In this document: positions 10,941 to 20,477 of the stretch, piece by piece
How the letters are laid out: every line of letters starts with the position of its first letter
Numbering within the stretch: position 1 is the stretch's first letter
DNA from: Bdellovibrio sp.
Lineage (GTDB): Bacteria > Bdellovibrionota > Bdellovibrionia > Bdellovibrionales > Bdellovibrionaceae
Assembly (NCBI GenBank): GCA_036676395.1
Contig: JAKFCY010000003.1
Coordinates: forward strand, 128,001 to 192,000
Direction of reading: 5' to 3'
DNA: 64,000 bases
Position numbers and translations under genes: made by a program
Notes under the pieces: generated by a model
Seen by the model: only the letters and a program-made list of their open reading frames with translations
Databases searched by the model: none
Told to the model about the DNA's origin: nothing

Positions 10941-11972
10941 ATGAACTATCTTACAATCAATGAACACGGCGAATTGTTTTTAGACAAAAGTGAAAAACCA
11001 GTTCCCGATGGCGAAATCGCACAAACGTTATTACGTAATGTGCGATTAACAAATAATTTCAATTTAGAAACCTCATTCGAAAAAACAAAATATTTAATCG
11101 AAGCTTTTGATCATCCGCTATTTGCCTACAGAGTTCAGGCCCAGGCGGGTAAGGTTTTTATTCAAACTCAACAGCAATTAAGTTTTGAAGCTGATCTGAC
11201 AAAGTTTAGTTTAGATCCTTTCGACCGTATTTGTGGATTAACCACATCAAATGCACCGTTTCGTCTGACTGAAAAAGCGCAATCGCAGCTTTTTGATGAC
11301 TGTGACGAATTCGATGACGAAAGTTTTACTTTAAATGGCCTTCGCATTGAAACTCCGGATTATTATTTTGAAAATGAGAACTTATCTGACTCTGAATTTT
11401 GGACAGATATTTATAATGAAGGTAATCCAGGCTGGGATCTAGGCGAACCCGCAGTGGCCTTTAAAGACATGATCCAAAGAATTAAATTACCCAAAAGCCG
11501 CATCCTAGTTTTAGGTTGTGGTTCTGGCCACGATGCCGCACTTTTTGCTGTGGCAGGACATGTGGTCACTGCAGTAGATTTTTCTGAAGGCGCTATTCAA
11601 AAAGCTAAGTCTTTGTATGGTCATTTAGAGAATATTACTTTTGTTCAGCAAGATATTTTTACATTGCCTCACGAATGGAATGAAACTTTTGATGTGATCG
11701 TCGAGCACACTTGTTTTTGCGCAATCGAACCCGATAGGCGCAAAGAAATGGTCAAACTATGGCGCCGACTGCTTCACGAAGAAGGCCAGTTGATGGGTGT
11801 CTTCTTTGCGATGCTTAAACGCGCTGGTCCACCATACGGCAGCAGCGAGTGGGAAATCCGCGAGCTTTTAAAAAATAGTTTTCACTTTTTATTTTGGGGA
11901 CGCTGGAGAGAATCTATTCCGCGCCGAGAAGGTCGTGAACTTTTTGTCTTAGCTAAGAAGAAAAAAGCTTAG
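10941..11972 (+). CDS. TPMT/thiol methyltransferase-like SAM-dependent methyltransferase with extra N-terminal domain
   Basis: PGWDLG, VLGCGSGHD, VDFS, EHTCFCAI, GPPYG. Confidence 0.85.
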   Translation: MNYLTINEHGELFLDKSEKPVPDGEIAQTLLRNVRLTNNFNLETSFEKTKYLIEAFDHPLFAYRVQAQAGKVFIQTQQQLSFEADLTKFSLDPFDRICGLTTSNAPFRLTEKAQSQLFDDCDEFDDESFTLNGLRIETPDYYFENENLSDSEFWTDIYNEGNPGWDLGEPAVAFKDMIQRIKLPKSRILVLGCGSGHDAALFAVAGHVVTAVDFSEGAIQKAKSLYGHLENITFVQQDIFTLPHEWNETFDVIVEHTCFCAIEPDRRKEMVKLWRRLLHEEGQLMGVFFAMLKRAGPPYGSSEWEIRELLKNSFHFLFWGRWRESIPRREGRELFVLAKKKKA

Positions 11973-12000
11973 GGCCAGTGATTAGCTGGCCCCTGTAAAA

Positions 12001-12687
12001 TTACTTCACATTAGCAATGGCTTGAATAGCGCAATTTTCATGTAGAAAATTGGTATTACCCATGCCCGTAACTATCGAAGAATAACAACGTAACTGAATG
12101 TTTTGTAATTTCAGCTCAACTTCATATAGAAGATTACTTACATTTACTTGCGGATTAGTAAGACCTATCGGTTTATGGATTATATATTTTAAACCTGGAA
12201 CTTTATGTTTATTTTCCATCAAGATATTTAAAATGCGGGCTTCGTAGCTGGCTTTGCTGCCATCTAACTGTTTCGTGCTGTTTGTAAGTAAAATCTGATT
12301 TTCTGCCAAGCCTTTTACTGAAGTATTAAATGACTTTGTATAATAGTCTTCGCCATCTTTATTAGAAAAAGCATCGCCTTTAAAAACTAATGTACAGGTC
12401 TCATCAGAGTCAGAACACTTTAAAGAACGAATGTCGCTGTTATCATTTTGTTCGGCATTTTTTGCCAAAACTGTATCCATAGTTTCATCATATCCAGCAA
12501 GTAATTTTCTTAGGGTTTTGGCATCTTCGCCTGCGATCAGAAGGGTTCTTGGTTCATTCGAATATTGAGCCGCTTCACTTTTTGCGATCGTAATAAAGTT
12601 TTTTAGCGAACCTGACCCTATATCACCGGTAGCAGCAAATGTGTTAACTGCAGTTATTAACGAAAGGGCAAATATTGTTTTTTTCAT
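12001..12687 (-). CDS. Secreted hypothetical protein
   Basis: MKKTIFALSLITAVNTFA signal peptide after an AGGAG RBS (start 12687). Confidence 0.8.
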   Translation of the reverse strand: MKKTIFALSLITAVNTFAATGDIGSGSLKNFITIAKSEAAQYSNEPRTLLIAGEDAKTLRKLLAGYDETMDTVLAKNAEQNDNSDIRSLKCSDSDETCTLVFKGDAFSNKDGEDYYTKSFNTSVKGLAENQILLTNSTKQLDGSKASYEARILNILMENKHKVPGLKYIIHKPIGLTNPQVNVSNLLYEVELKLQNIQLRCYSSIVTGMGNTNFLHENCAIQAIANVK

Positions 12688-12721
12688 ATGAAGTCTCCTG
12701 ATATTGATGAATTGAAGCATT

Positions 12722-12737
12722 TGCAAGGGCAACACCA
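12722..12737 (-). promoter_or_regulatory. Sigma-54 (-24/-12) promoter candidate
   Basis: TGGTGTTGCCCTTGCA = GG-N10-GC. Confidence 0.6.
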
Positions 12738-12887
12738 GCCCTAACGCAAATAATGCGATCTCAGGCAGTGGCCCTGACCAGACAATTTACAACTCATGCT
12801 TTTTGCGGCTGTGCTTAAACAGGGTGTGCAGCTTTGCACACCCTTTATCGCCTTTACGGCAAAGTTATTTTCTGCTCCAATTTCTTT

Positions 12888-13751
12888 ATGGATAAAAAAC
12901 CCAATATTAAAAACTACCTTTACGTGAATGATTTTTTGAAAGATCTTTATCTGTTTCAAAAACAAAAAGATCCTAAGTTTTCATACGAGCTTTGGGCTAA
13001 GCAATTGGGCTTAAACAACAAATCATTTTTACGTCAAATCATTATGGGCCGCAGAGCTTTAACTGATTCAACTCTTAAAATTTTCAGTGATAATTTAGAA
13101 TTCGATCATTCTGAAAAAGAATATTTTCAGCTCATGGTTTTATATTCAAAGGCCAAATCTGCCGAACAAAGAAATCTTTATGGCCGCGAAATGCGCCGCT
13201 TTATCAAAGCCGATTATTCTCAAGAAGAAATTTTAAATGCGCAGAATTTCATACTTAAACCGCTGTATCCCCGCTTACAAACTTTACTGGGATTTACAGA
13301 TGTTGAAAAAAACGTTGATGCCTTATCAAGTCTGCTTAAGTTACCAACACAGGAAATCCAAGCTGCACTGGCCATTCTAGAGCAGTTAAATTTAGCCGAA
13401 CCGGTACAAACTTTAGATAAAATTCAGTGGCAAGCCAAAACAAAGGCCTTTAAAGTTCCCTCAGATCTGGGTAACGAATCGCTGTTAGATTATCACGAAC
13501 AAAGCCTTAAAGAAGCCATCAAGGCCCGCAGCCTTGATAAAAACTCGCGACGCTATCGCAGCTTACTTATGGCACTCTCAGAAAAAGATTTTGAAGATTT
13601 TTTGGCCGACTTAGAAATTTTCGTTAAACAAACCCTCAGCAAGTATGATTCTGATGAGTTTTTGCAGAGAAAACTTTTTCAGTTTAATTTTAATATTCAT
13701 GCTGTGTCAGGTAGCTTAAAAAAAGATGCTGAAGTTACAATCTCAATTTAA
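12888..13751 (+). CDS. TIGR02147-like protein (N-terminal HTH, DUF4423-like C-terminus)
   Basis: FLKDLY...KDPKFSYELWAKQLGL..KSFL..II.GRR.LT and FQFNFNIH tail typical of the family; ATG 12888. Confidence 0.8.
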   Translation: MDKKPNIKNYLYVNDFLKDLYLFQKQKDPKFSYELWAKQLGLNNKSFLRQIIMGRRALTDSTLKIFSDNLEFDHSEKEYFQLMVLYSKAKSAEQRNLYGREMRRFIKADYSQEEILNAQNFILKPLYPRLQTLLGFTDVEKNVDALSSLLKLPTQEIQAALAILEQLNLAEPVQTLDKIQWQAKTKAFKVPSDLGNESLLDYHEQSLKEAIKARSLDKNSRRYRSLLMALSEKDFEDFLADLEIFVKQTLSKYDSDEFLQRKLFQFNFNIHAVSGSLKKDAEVTISI

Positions 13752-13790
13752 GCGCCAGGGCATGTAGCCCTGCCACAAAAAAGGTGGGTC

Positions 13791-14198
13791 GGTTTCGCGA
13801 TAAGCCGGGTTCTGTTCCCTGTGCTGACTCCCACATTGTCCACACAGTTCGATAATCATTCCTCTAGGCCCAACATTACTGGTGGGCTCGAGCGATCGTA
13901 CCCGGAATCTTCAGGCGAGCAGCCCTTATTCTCTGTTCGGAAACATTGCTGTCTCCGCCAAGAACCTCTTATTGCTAAGAGGGATTCCCTATTTGATCTT
14001 GCTTCGCGCACGAGTTTAGCTGTTTTCACTCCAGCGGCTCCCCTTAATTCTCCCGTTCCCGAAAAAAGGATCACTGCCCTGGACATTCTCTCTGTTCCAC
14101 TGTTCCTCACCTTGCGATGGAGGGGCGTTACCCCAGGCGCTGCTCTGCGAAGCCCGGACTTTCCTCGTACGTTGCCGCACGCGATTATCTACGAAACC
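13791..14198 (-). ncRNA. rnpB: Ribonuclease P RNA
   Basis: Minus strand has GAGGAAAGTCCGGGC near the 5' end and ACAGAACCCGGCTTA near the 3' end (P4); termini GGTTTCG/CGAAACC form P1. Confidence 0.96.
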
Positions 14199-14255
14199 TT
14201 GCTGAGATTTTTAGCACCGAGCGCCGCCCAAATACAAGCGATATTCGCGAAATTC

Positions 14256-14284
14256 TTGCCCCGCTCACGACCTTGCATTAGATT
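14256..14284 (+). promoter_or_regulatory. Sigma-70 promoter candidate
   Basis: TTGCCC-N17-TAGATT upstream of the 14328 start. Confidence 0.5.
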
Positions 14285-14327
14285 AAATCATTCTAGTTTG
14301 TTTACAGTTATTTTCGAGGAGATTTTT

Positions 14328-14909
14328 ATGAAAATTTTAGTGGCCATTGCGGCATTTTTATTAGTTTTAGGTTTTAACTTAAAGTCAGTTGCTGAAGAAG
14401 AGCATGCGGCTCCGGCTGACACAGTTTCTTGTTCAAAAGAAGACGCTGGCAAAGATTGCGCTGAAGGCGATCATGGCAAAGCCGGTCACGATGCTCATGG
14501 CGCAAAACCTGGTTACGGCGCCAACTATGACTGGAGCCATAAGCGCCAAGAACAAGTGGCTGCGATTTTTCCTGCAAAACAAAAAAAAGATGGCGCAAGC
14601 AATGTTCCTGCAAAAGTAAAATTATCTTCACCTAAATTTTTAGAAAAAGTTTCTGGCGATGCAGTTACGTTAGCTTGGAACGCTTCTGAAGGTGCAACAA
14701 CTTACCACGTTCAGGTTTCAAAAGATGCTGGCTTCAACAATCGCTCAATGTATGTTGTTGAAGATAAAAAATTAGCGGCAACTTCTTTAGAAGTTAAAGG
14801 TTTAGAAACTGGTGTTAAATATTTCTGGCGTGTAGCTGCTGTTAACGGCGAGCTAGAATCTACTTTCACTAAATCAGGTTTTGCTTTTTCTGAATTTGAA
14901 GTGAAGTAA
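14328..14909 (+). CDS. Secreted protein with His-rich N-terminus and C-terminal fibronectin type III-like domain
   Basis: GAGGAG RBS + signal peptide; VTLAW...YHVQVS...GLETGVKYFWRVAAVN; start at 14328 rather than 13821. Confidence 0.85.
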   Translation: MKILVAIAAFLLVLGFNLKSVAEEEHAAPADTVSCSKEDAGKDCAEGDHGKAGHDAHGAKPGYGANYDWSHKRQEQVAAIFPAKQKKDGASNVPAKVKLSSPKFLEKVSGDAVTLAWNASEGATTYHVQVSKDAGFNNRSMYVVEDKKLAATSLEVKGLETGVKYFWRVAAVNGELESTFTKSGFAFSEFEVK

Positions 14910-14911
14910 GC

Positions 14912-15562
14912 ATGTCTGCAGTTGATAACGAAATTATTCATAAACAATTAAATTGGCGCTATGCTTGTAAAAAGTTTGATCCAACAAAAATCATTCGCGA
15001 GCAAGACTGGAATATTCTAACTGAATCTTTGCGTTTATCAGCTTCGTCGTACGGTTTACAACCCTGGAAATTCATCGTTGTGCAAACTCCAGAAATTCGT
15101 AAACAGTTACAAGCTCAATCGTACGGCCAAACTCCGGTCACTGAAGCTTCTCACTTTGTCGTGTTAACTTATAAAGAAACATTAGATGAAGCTCATATCG
15201 ATCTTCATGTTGCAGAGGCTGCAAAAGCACGCGGCGTTGAGCCAGCTTCTTTAGAAAAGTATAGAAATTTAATGGTGAGTGATTTAATCAAAGGCCCACG
15301 TTTCGAAACAATTAAATGGTGGGCTCAACGTCAGGTTTATATCGCGATGGGATCAATCCTGACAACAGCGGCCATGATGGAAATCGACACTCTTCCAATG
15401 GAAGGCTTAAATGCAGCTGGTTACGATAAAATTCTAGGGCTTGAAGGCTCTGGCTGGAAAACTTTAGCGGCAGTAGCTTGTGGTTATAGAGCTGAAGATG
15501 ATAAATACCAACATTCTAAAAAAGTTCGCTTTCCGGCGGCGGATGTTATTACTTACAAATAA
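14912..15562 (+). CDS. Nitroreductase family protein (NfsB-like)
   Basis: WRYACKKFD, SASSYGLQPWKF, PMEG. Confidence 0.92.
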   Translation: MSAVDNEIIHKQLNWRYACKKFDPTKIIREQDWNILTESLRLSASSYGLQPWKFIVVQTPEIRKQLQAQSYGQTPVTEASHFVVLTYKETLDEAHIDLHVAEAAKARGVEPASLEKYRNLMVSDLIKGPRFETIKWWAQRQVYIAMGSILTTAAMMEIDTLPMEGLNAAGYDKILGLEGSGWKTLAAVACGYRAEDDKYQHSKKVRFPAADVITYK

Positions 15563-15601
15563 AGCCGTTGTTTTAAAATATTAATTACTTAGAATAAAGC
15601 T

Positions 15602-17734
15602 ATGAAAAACATCATAGCTTTATTTTTTTGTGCTCTAACTATTTCATCATGCTCGCTTAAATCAAATGCCCCGAACGATCCATTATCTAAAAACTTAGAT
15701 TATCTTGAAGAAATTGATTCAGCACCAGTACGCCGTTTTGTTGAAATCGAAAATGTTTTATCAGTCGCCCGTTTGAAAACTGATCCTTTGTTTCCAGCGA
15801 TTGAAAAAGAAATACTAGATGTAATTACGGCAAAAGATAAATTACCGGCGATCTTTTTTCATGACGGCCAATTATATCAATACTGGCAAGATCAAGTACA
15901 TGTACGCGGTGTTCTTAAAAGAACTTCAGTGGCTGACTTTAATGCCCACAAAAACAACTGGGAAGTCGTTTTTGATTTAGATGCGATAGCCAAAGCTGAA
16001 AACAAAAACTGGGTTTGGAAAAGTTTCACTTGTTATAAAAAGAATGAAAAAACCTGCTTGGTTTTTTTGTCTAACGGCGGAAAAGACGCCATCACTGCCC
16101 GCGAGTTCAATCTAGGAACAAAAGAATTTGTTAAAGATGGTTTTTCGTTTCCTGAATCAAAAAGTCAATTCGAATGGTACGATGAAAACACCCTGCTTTG
16201 GACAGACGCCACTAATCCAGAATTATTAACAACCTCTGGCTATCCGCAAACGTTAAAATTTATTAAACGCGGGCAAAAGCTAGATGAAGCAAAACTTATT
16301 ACGGATGTACCTAAAAATTACGTAAGCATTGATAGCTGGGCTGTACTAGATCAAGGTAAACTTCATTTCATAATTTATAAATCGATTTCGTTTTACGAAT
16401 ACGAAGTGTTTTACTTAGCTGATTTAAATACACAAAAATTAGTTAAAGTTCCGGTGCCAAAAGATGCAGAAGTCAGAACGATTTATAAAGACCAATTATT
16501 GTTTTCGATTAAGTCAGATTATAACATCGGCACAAAAACAGTTCCACCAGGAACACTCTTATCATTTCCACTTTTTTCATTGCAGAATATGCAAAATCCA
16601 GAAGTGGTCTTATTGCCGACACCGACTCAGGTTCTGCAAGCTGTTGTTCGCGGTAAAAATCAACTTTGGTTAGGCACATTAGATGATGTCAAAAAAACTT
16701 TAGTTCCTATCGACCGCGTTGATCATCGCTGGGTGCTAGAAAAATTTAAGCATGGCTTAAATAATCATAATAAAGGTAACTGGTCTGTATTAGCTCTTGA
16801 GCAGGAATCGAATAAAACTTTTTTTAGCTACACTGATTTTTTAACTCCTGCCCAGGTTTATTTTTCTGAAAACGGCCAACTACCTAACCTAAAACTAAAA
16901 TTAATTCAGACTGCGCCTGAACGTTTTAATTCGAAAAATTTTACGTCTCAGCAGTTTAAAACTAAAAGTAAAGATGGAACATTAATTCCCTATTTCGTGG
17001 TGCATGCGAAAAATCTTAAATTCAACGGTAAAAACCCGACTCTACAATATGGCTATGGAGGTTTTGAAGCCGCTATGACGCCGTACTATTTAGGTGTTGC
17101 CGGTAAAGTTTGGTTATCACGTGGTAATGTTTATGTATTAGCTAATATTCGCGGTGGCGGCGAATACGGGCCAGCTTGGCATAAAGCAGCTCAAGGTGTA
17201 AATCGCCAAAAAGCCTTCGATGATTTTATCGCTGTTAGCGAAGATTTGATTAAACGTAAAATCACATCACCAGAGCACTTAGGCATTATGGGTGGATCCA
17301 ATGGTGGCTTACTCACAAGTGTGATGTTAACGCAAAGACCTGATTTATATGGCGCCGTGGTTAGCGAAGTGCCTCTGACAAATATGATTCGTTATAACAA
17401 ATTATTAGCCGGAGCCAGCTGGCAGGCTGAATACGGTAACCCTGATGTTCCTGCCGATCGTGAGATGTTAATGAAATATTCTCCGCTTCATAACATAAAA
17501 CCAAACATGAAATATCCAGAAGCTTTCTACATCACCAGCACCAAAGATGATCGCGTTCACCCAGGCCATGCCAGACAAATGGTGACGCGTTTAAAACAAT
17601 TAGGTTATCCAGTGATGTATTTCGAAAATACTGATGGTGGCCACGGCAGAGCCGCAAACTTAAAAGAGTATGCAACTATGCTTGGAATGGAATACACGTA
17701 TTTATTCCAAAAATTAACTCCAGACAAAAAGTAA
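15602..17734 (+). CDS. Prolyl oligopeptidase (S9A), probable lipoprotein
   Basis: YGYGGF, NIRGGGEYG, GGSNGG, DDRVHP, GGH triad motifs; ISSC lipobox-like. Confidence 0.92.
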   Translation: MKNIIALFFCALTISSCSLKSNAPNDPLSKNLDYLEEIDSAPVRRFVEIENVLSVARLKTDPLFPAIEKEILDVITAKDKLPAIFFHDGQLYQYWQDQVHVRGVLKRTSVADFNAHKNNWEVVFDLDAIAKAENKNWVWKSFTCYKKNEKTCLVFLSNGGKDAITAREFNLGTKEFVKDGFSFPESKSQFEWYDENTLLWTDATNPELLTTSGYPQTLKFIKRGQKLDEAKLITDVPKNYVSIDSWAVLDQGKLHFIIYKSISFYEYEVFYLADLNTQKLVKVPVPKDAEVRTIYKDQLLFSIKSDYNIGTKTVPPGTLLSFPLFSLQNMQNPEVVLLPTPTQVLQAVVRGKNQLWLGTLDDVKKTLVPIDRVDHRWVLEKFKHGLNNHNKGNWSVLALEQESNKTFFSYTDFLTPAQVYFSENGQLPNLKLKLIQTAPERFNSKNFTSQQFKTKSKDGTLIPYFVVHAKNLKFNGKNPTLQYGYGGFEAAMTPYYLGVAGKVWLSRGNVYVLANIRGGGEYGPAWHKAAQGVNRQKAFDDFIAVSEDLIKRKITSPEHLGIMGGSNGGLLTSVMLTQRPDLYGAVVSEVPLTNMIRYNKLLAGASWQAEYGNPDVPADREMLMKYSPLHNIKPNMKYPEAFYITSTKDDRVHPGHARQMVTRLKQLGYPVMYFENTDGGHGRAANLKEYATMLGMEYTYLFQKLTPDKK

Positions 17735-18904
17735 TTACTTCGACAACCAGTCGATGATCTTTTTTGTTTTAACTTCGGTCTGATCTAAAATGGTCTTACG
17801 CCATTCACGATCAGACGGGTTAAACATCTCTACAAAATCATTTTTAATTTTTTCGGCATCTTGTGGGTCTTTAGCCGGATGCCAAAAATTTTGATTTTCA
17901 TAAACCATACGACGCAAAGATTCAATTGATCCTGTTGTTTTCTGACTGTCTAAGGTTCCATATTCAAAAGTAATTCCCACAGATGCCGGGGCTTTATCTT
18001 TAAGTTTGTAATTCGTTTCATGAATAAAAAAACTTAGCATTTCACCCTGAATTGAATAGAACTTTTTATCAGATCCGAAATCAATTTCACCTTCTTCGGC
18101 AAAAATTTCGGCAAGTGGGTTACCTTCTTTTTTACCATTAGCTAAAAGATGTAATTTACCTCGGGCACCGTAACCCGTGTGTAAATCGATGACGAACATT
18201 TTCGTGTGGCCACTGACATATTTATCAATTAATTGATTCATCAGATCCCATTGTTTAGCCACCATGTTGCCGCCGAAGTATAACCCCTGTGGATAAGAGT
18301 ACTGTCCGCGTAAAACCGAATTTCTTAAGTTTTCTAAACCGTAACGAACGATTTTTGTAACCGCAGTCCACATGAATTTCACATTGCTGATAAAACCATG
18401 CGTTGCAGCTGATTCCGGATTTAAATAGTCATACAAATTTTTGTAACCGCTATCATCACTTTCAGACACTGAACGATTGGGGATAAAGTTGCGATTTAAA
18501 TCGATGTTGTTTTCATTCACACGGCGTTTATTTTTAAAACCATACACGTTTAACCCATGCACCATCAAAATATTCACATTTTCGCGGTTTTGCACATAAG
18601 ACTGATCCACCAACCATCGTTGCACAGCTGAACCTACAAAAGCTTCGATGCCATGAGTTCCTGAAAATAAAACTAATAATTTATCGGTTTTATTTTTTGC
18701 TGGCCAATAGATCGACTTAATAGTGCCCTGATCAAAAGTAAATTCATGTTTTTCGGCCGCTGGCTGCAGGGCTTTAACTGTTTGAAAAGCTTGATCGAAA
18801 GCTTGATCAGACTCTTCGAATGAATTTTTAAAATAATCGTTAAAGTCAGCTGCGAATAGGCGTAGGCCCAAAAATAATGAAAGTGTAAATACTATTTTGT
18901 TCAT
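17735..18904 (-). CDS. Secreted M14-like metallopeptidase (DUF2817-like)
   Basis: GTHGIE, NENNIDLNRNF, DLHTGYG, FEYGT. Confidence 0.82.
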   Translation of the reverse strand: MNKIVFTLSLFLGLRLFAADFNDYFKNSFEESDQAFDQAFQTVKALQPAAEKHEFTFDQGTIKSIYWPAKNKTDKLLVLFSGTHGIEAFVGSAVQRWLVDQSYVQNRENVNILMVHGLNVYGFKNKRRVNENNIDLNRNFIPNRSVSESDDSGYKNLYDYLNPESAATHGFISNVKFMWTAVTKIVRYGLENLRNSVLRGQYSYPQGLYFGGNMVAKQWDLMNQLIDKYVSGHTKMFVIDLHTGYGARGKLHLLANGKKEGNPLAEIFAEEGEIDFGSDKKFYSIQGEMLSFFIHETNYKLKDKAPASVGITFEYGTLDSQKTTGSIESLRRMVYENQNFWHPAKDPQDAEKIKNDFVEMFNPSDREWRKTILDQTEVKTKKIIDWLSK

Positions 18905-18937
18905 ACACCTATTACAGCAAGATCTAAAGTGCTTTGT

Positions 18938-19492
18938 CTAGTCTTTGCTAATTGGTATTACCGCACAGACCGAAGATGCGATATCCAGAGTAAACGCTTC
19001 GGCTTTAGTAGATCGATAATAACGATCGTACGAATGACTCGAGTTGAAACTAGCTAGCGCTAAAACCACTTTTCCATTATTATCAAACGATTTTGTCATT
19101 TCAATAGCGACAGCATGGTAATTGGTTCCAACTCTGGTCGACTGGCTCGCACTAGCCGAAAAGACATACTTATCGTAATTAAAAACCAACTCTGTATTGC
19201 GACCGCCGAAACCTAAATCGCTGAAATAGCCATTATCTGTGGTTTCGCCGTTTTCATTTAACGTGTAAATTAATTTATCTTCCCACTTCGGTGTTGTCGA
19301 ATATTTTGCCGGCTCGGCATGCCACTCTATATCTAGTGTATAGTTTTTTGCATCCGTGGCTATGATCACGCACGAATATTTTTCCCCGTACTTCACAGAT
19401 TTATCCACAACCGTATCTTCTGCACCAGCATTGGTGCTCAGGCTCGTTAGTAAAATTGTAAAAATCATTGATGTATAAATATTATTTTTCAT
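18938..19492 (-). CDS. Secreted hypothetical protein
   Basis: AAGGAG RBS before ATG 19492; signal peptide. Confidence 0.78.
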   Translation of the reverse strand: MKNNIYTSMIFTILLTSLSTNAGAEDTVVDKSVKYGEKYSCVIIATDAKNYTLDIEWHAEPAKYSTTPKWEDKLIYTLNENGETTDNGYFSDLGFGGRNTELVFNYDKYVFSASASQSTRVGTNYHAVAIEMTKSFDNNGKVVLALASFNSSHSYDRYYRSTKAEAFTLDIASSVCAVIPISKD

Positions 19493-19588
19493 TTCTTTCT
19501 CCTTATTTTTGTAAGCTACAAAAGTTTTCCACACGACATGTGTTGATAACTCTGTTGCTGCGAATCTAGAAAAAAACAAAGTGTTTGT

Positions 19589-19605
19589 ATAATTCATAAT
19601 TATGA
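19589..19605. promoter_or_regulatory. LysR-type binding box candidate
   Basis: ATAA-N7-TTAT (T-N11-A) overlapping the TCATAATTATGA palindrome between the divergent genes. Confidence 0.5.
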
Positions 19606-19622
19606 GTTTATTATGATTTTAA

Positions 19623-20477
19623 ATGAGTTTACTCAGCCCCACCCTAGAGGCTTTTTGGGCAGTCGTTCAAAAAGGCACCGTTCAAGAAGCCTCGCAAATT
19701 TTAGGAATTACTCAAACCGGAGTAACCCAACGAATTAGATCTTTAGAAAAGCAGTTACAAACCACTGTCTTTATTAGATCAAGGAAAGGTATGAAGCTTA
19801 CGACCGAGGGAGAATCTCTTCTTCAGTACGTAAAAGTTAGTTTAGAAAATGAGGGAATGGCCCTTTCAAAGATTCAAAAGGCAGCTTTTGAACACAACAT
19901 TGAAATAGGCATCTCGGGACCATCTAGTATTTTGCGATCGAGGGTCATTCCCAACTTATTAGCTTTAAAAACTAAGCTTCCAAAAATCAGATTCAGATTT
20001 GATTTGTCCGACGGTAACCACAATCAAGAAAAACTAAAAAATGGCCATTGCGACTTAGCCATCTTAGAACACCATCAAGTCACCAAAGAGATGGATTCAC
20101 GCATTCTAAAGGCCGAACGCTACAAACTCTATGTGCCAAAGACCTGGAAGAAGCGTAAGCTTGCAGAGATCATCGAAAACGAAGCCATCATTGATTTCGA
20201 TGCAGCCGATAGAATGACATTTCAATATCTGGAAAAGTATCGCCTAAAAAATAAAATCCAAGCAGATCGCCATTATGCAAACAATACCGATGCTTTGATG
20301 TCGATGATCGAACAAGGTTTAGGATATTCAGTGCTGTCAGAAGAATTCGCAAAAAAAAATGGAGAAATATTTGATATTTCTCCAGATCAGCATTTTGATT
20401 ATAAAATTGCTCTTGCTTGGTACTACCGCCCTGAAATGCCTGAGTACTTCAGAGCTATCGTTAAAGCCTTATCGTAA
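19623..20477 (+). CDS. LysR family transcriptional regulator
   Basis: HTH LEAF..V...GTVQEAS..LGITQTGVTQRIRSLE...F.RSRKGMKLT.EG. Confidence 0.93.
   Translation: MSLLSPTLEAFWAVVQKGTVQEASQILGITQTGVTQRIRSLEKQLQTTVFIRSRKGMKLTTEGESLLQYVKVSLENEGMALSKIQKAAFEHNIEIGISGPSSILRSRVIPNLLALKTKLPKIRFRFDLSDGNHNQEKLKNGHCDLAILEHHQVTKEMDSRILKAERYKLYVPKTWKKRKLAEIIENEAIIDFDAADRMTFQYLEKYRLKNKIQADRHYANNTDALMSMIEQGLGYSVLSEEFAKKNGEIFDISPDQHFDYKIALAWYYRPEMPEYFRAIVKALS

Noticed and set aside
12741..12965. 74-aa minus-strand ORF
   Set aside because: Overlaps the regulatory region and the TIGR02147-like start; no RBS or recognisable features
13821..14327. 169-codon N-terminal extension of the 13821-14909 ORF, and ORF 13856-14110
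   Set aside because: Overlap the RNase P RNA; the real start has an RBS, promoter candidate and signal peptide at 14328
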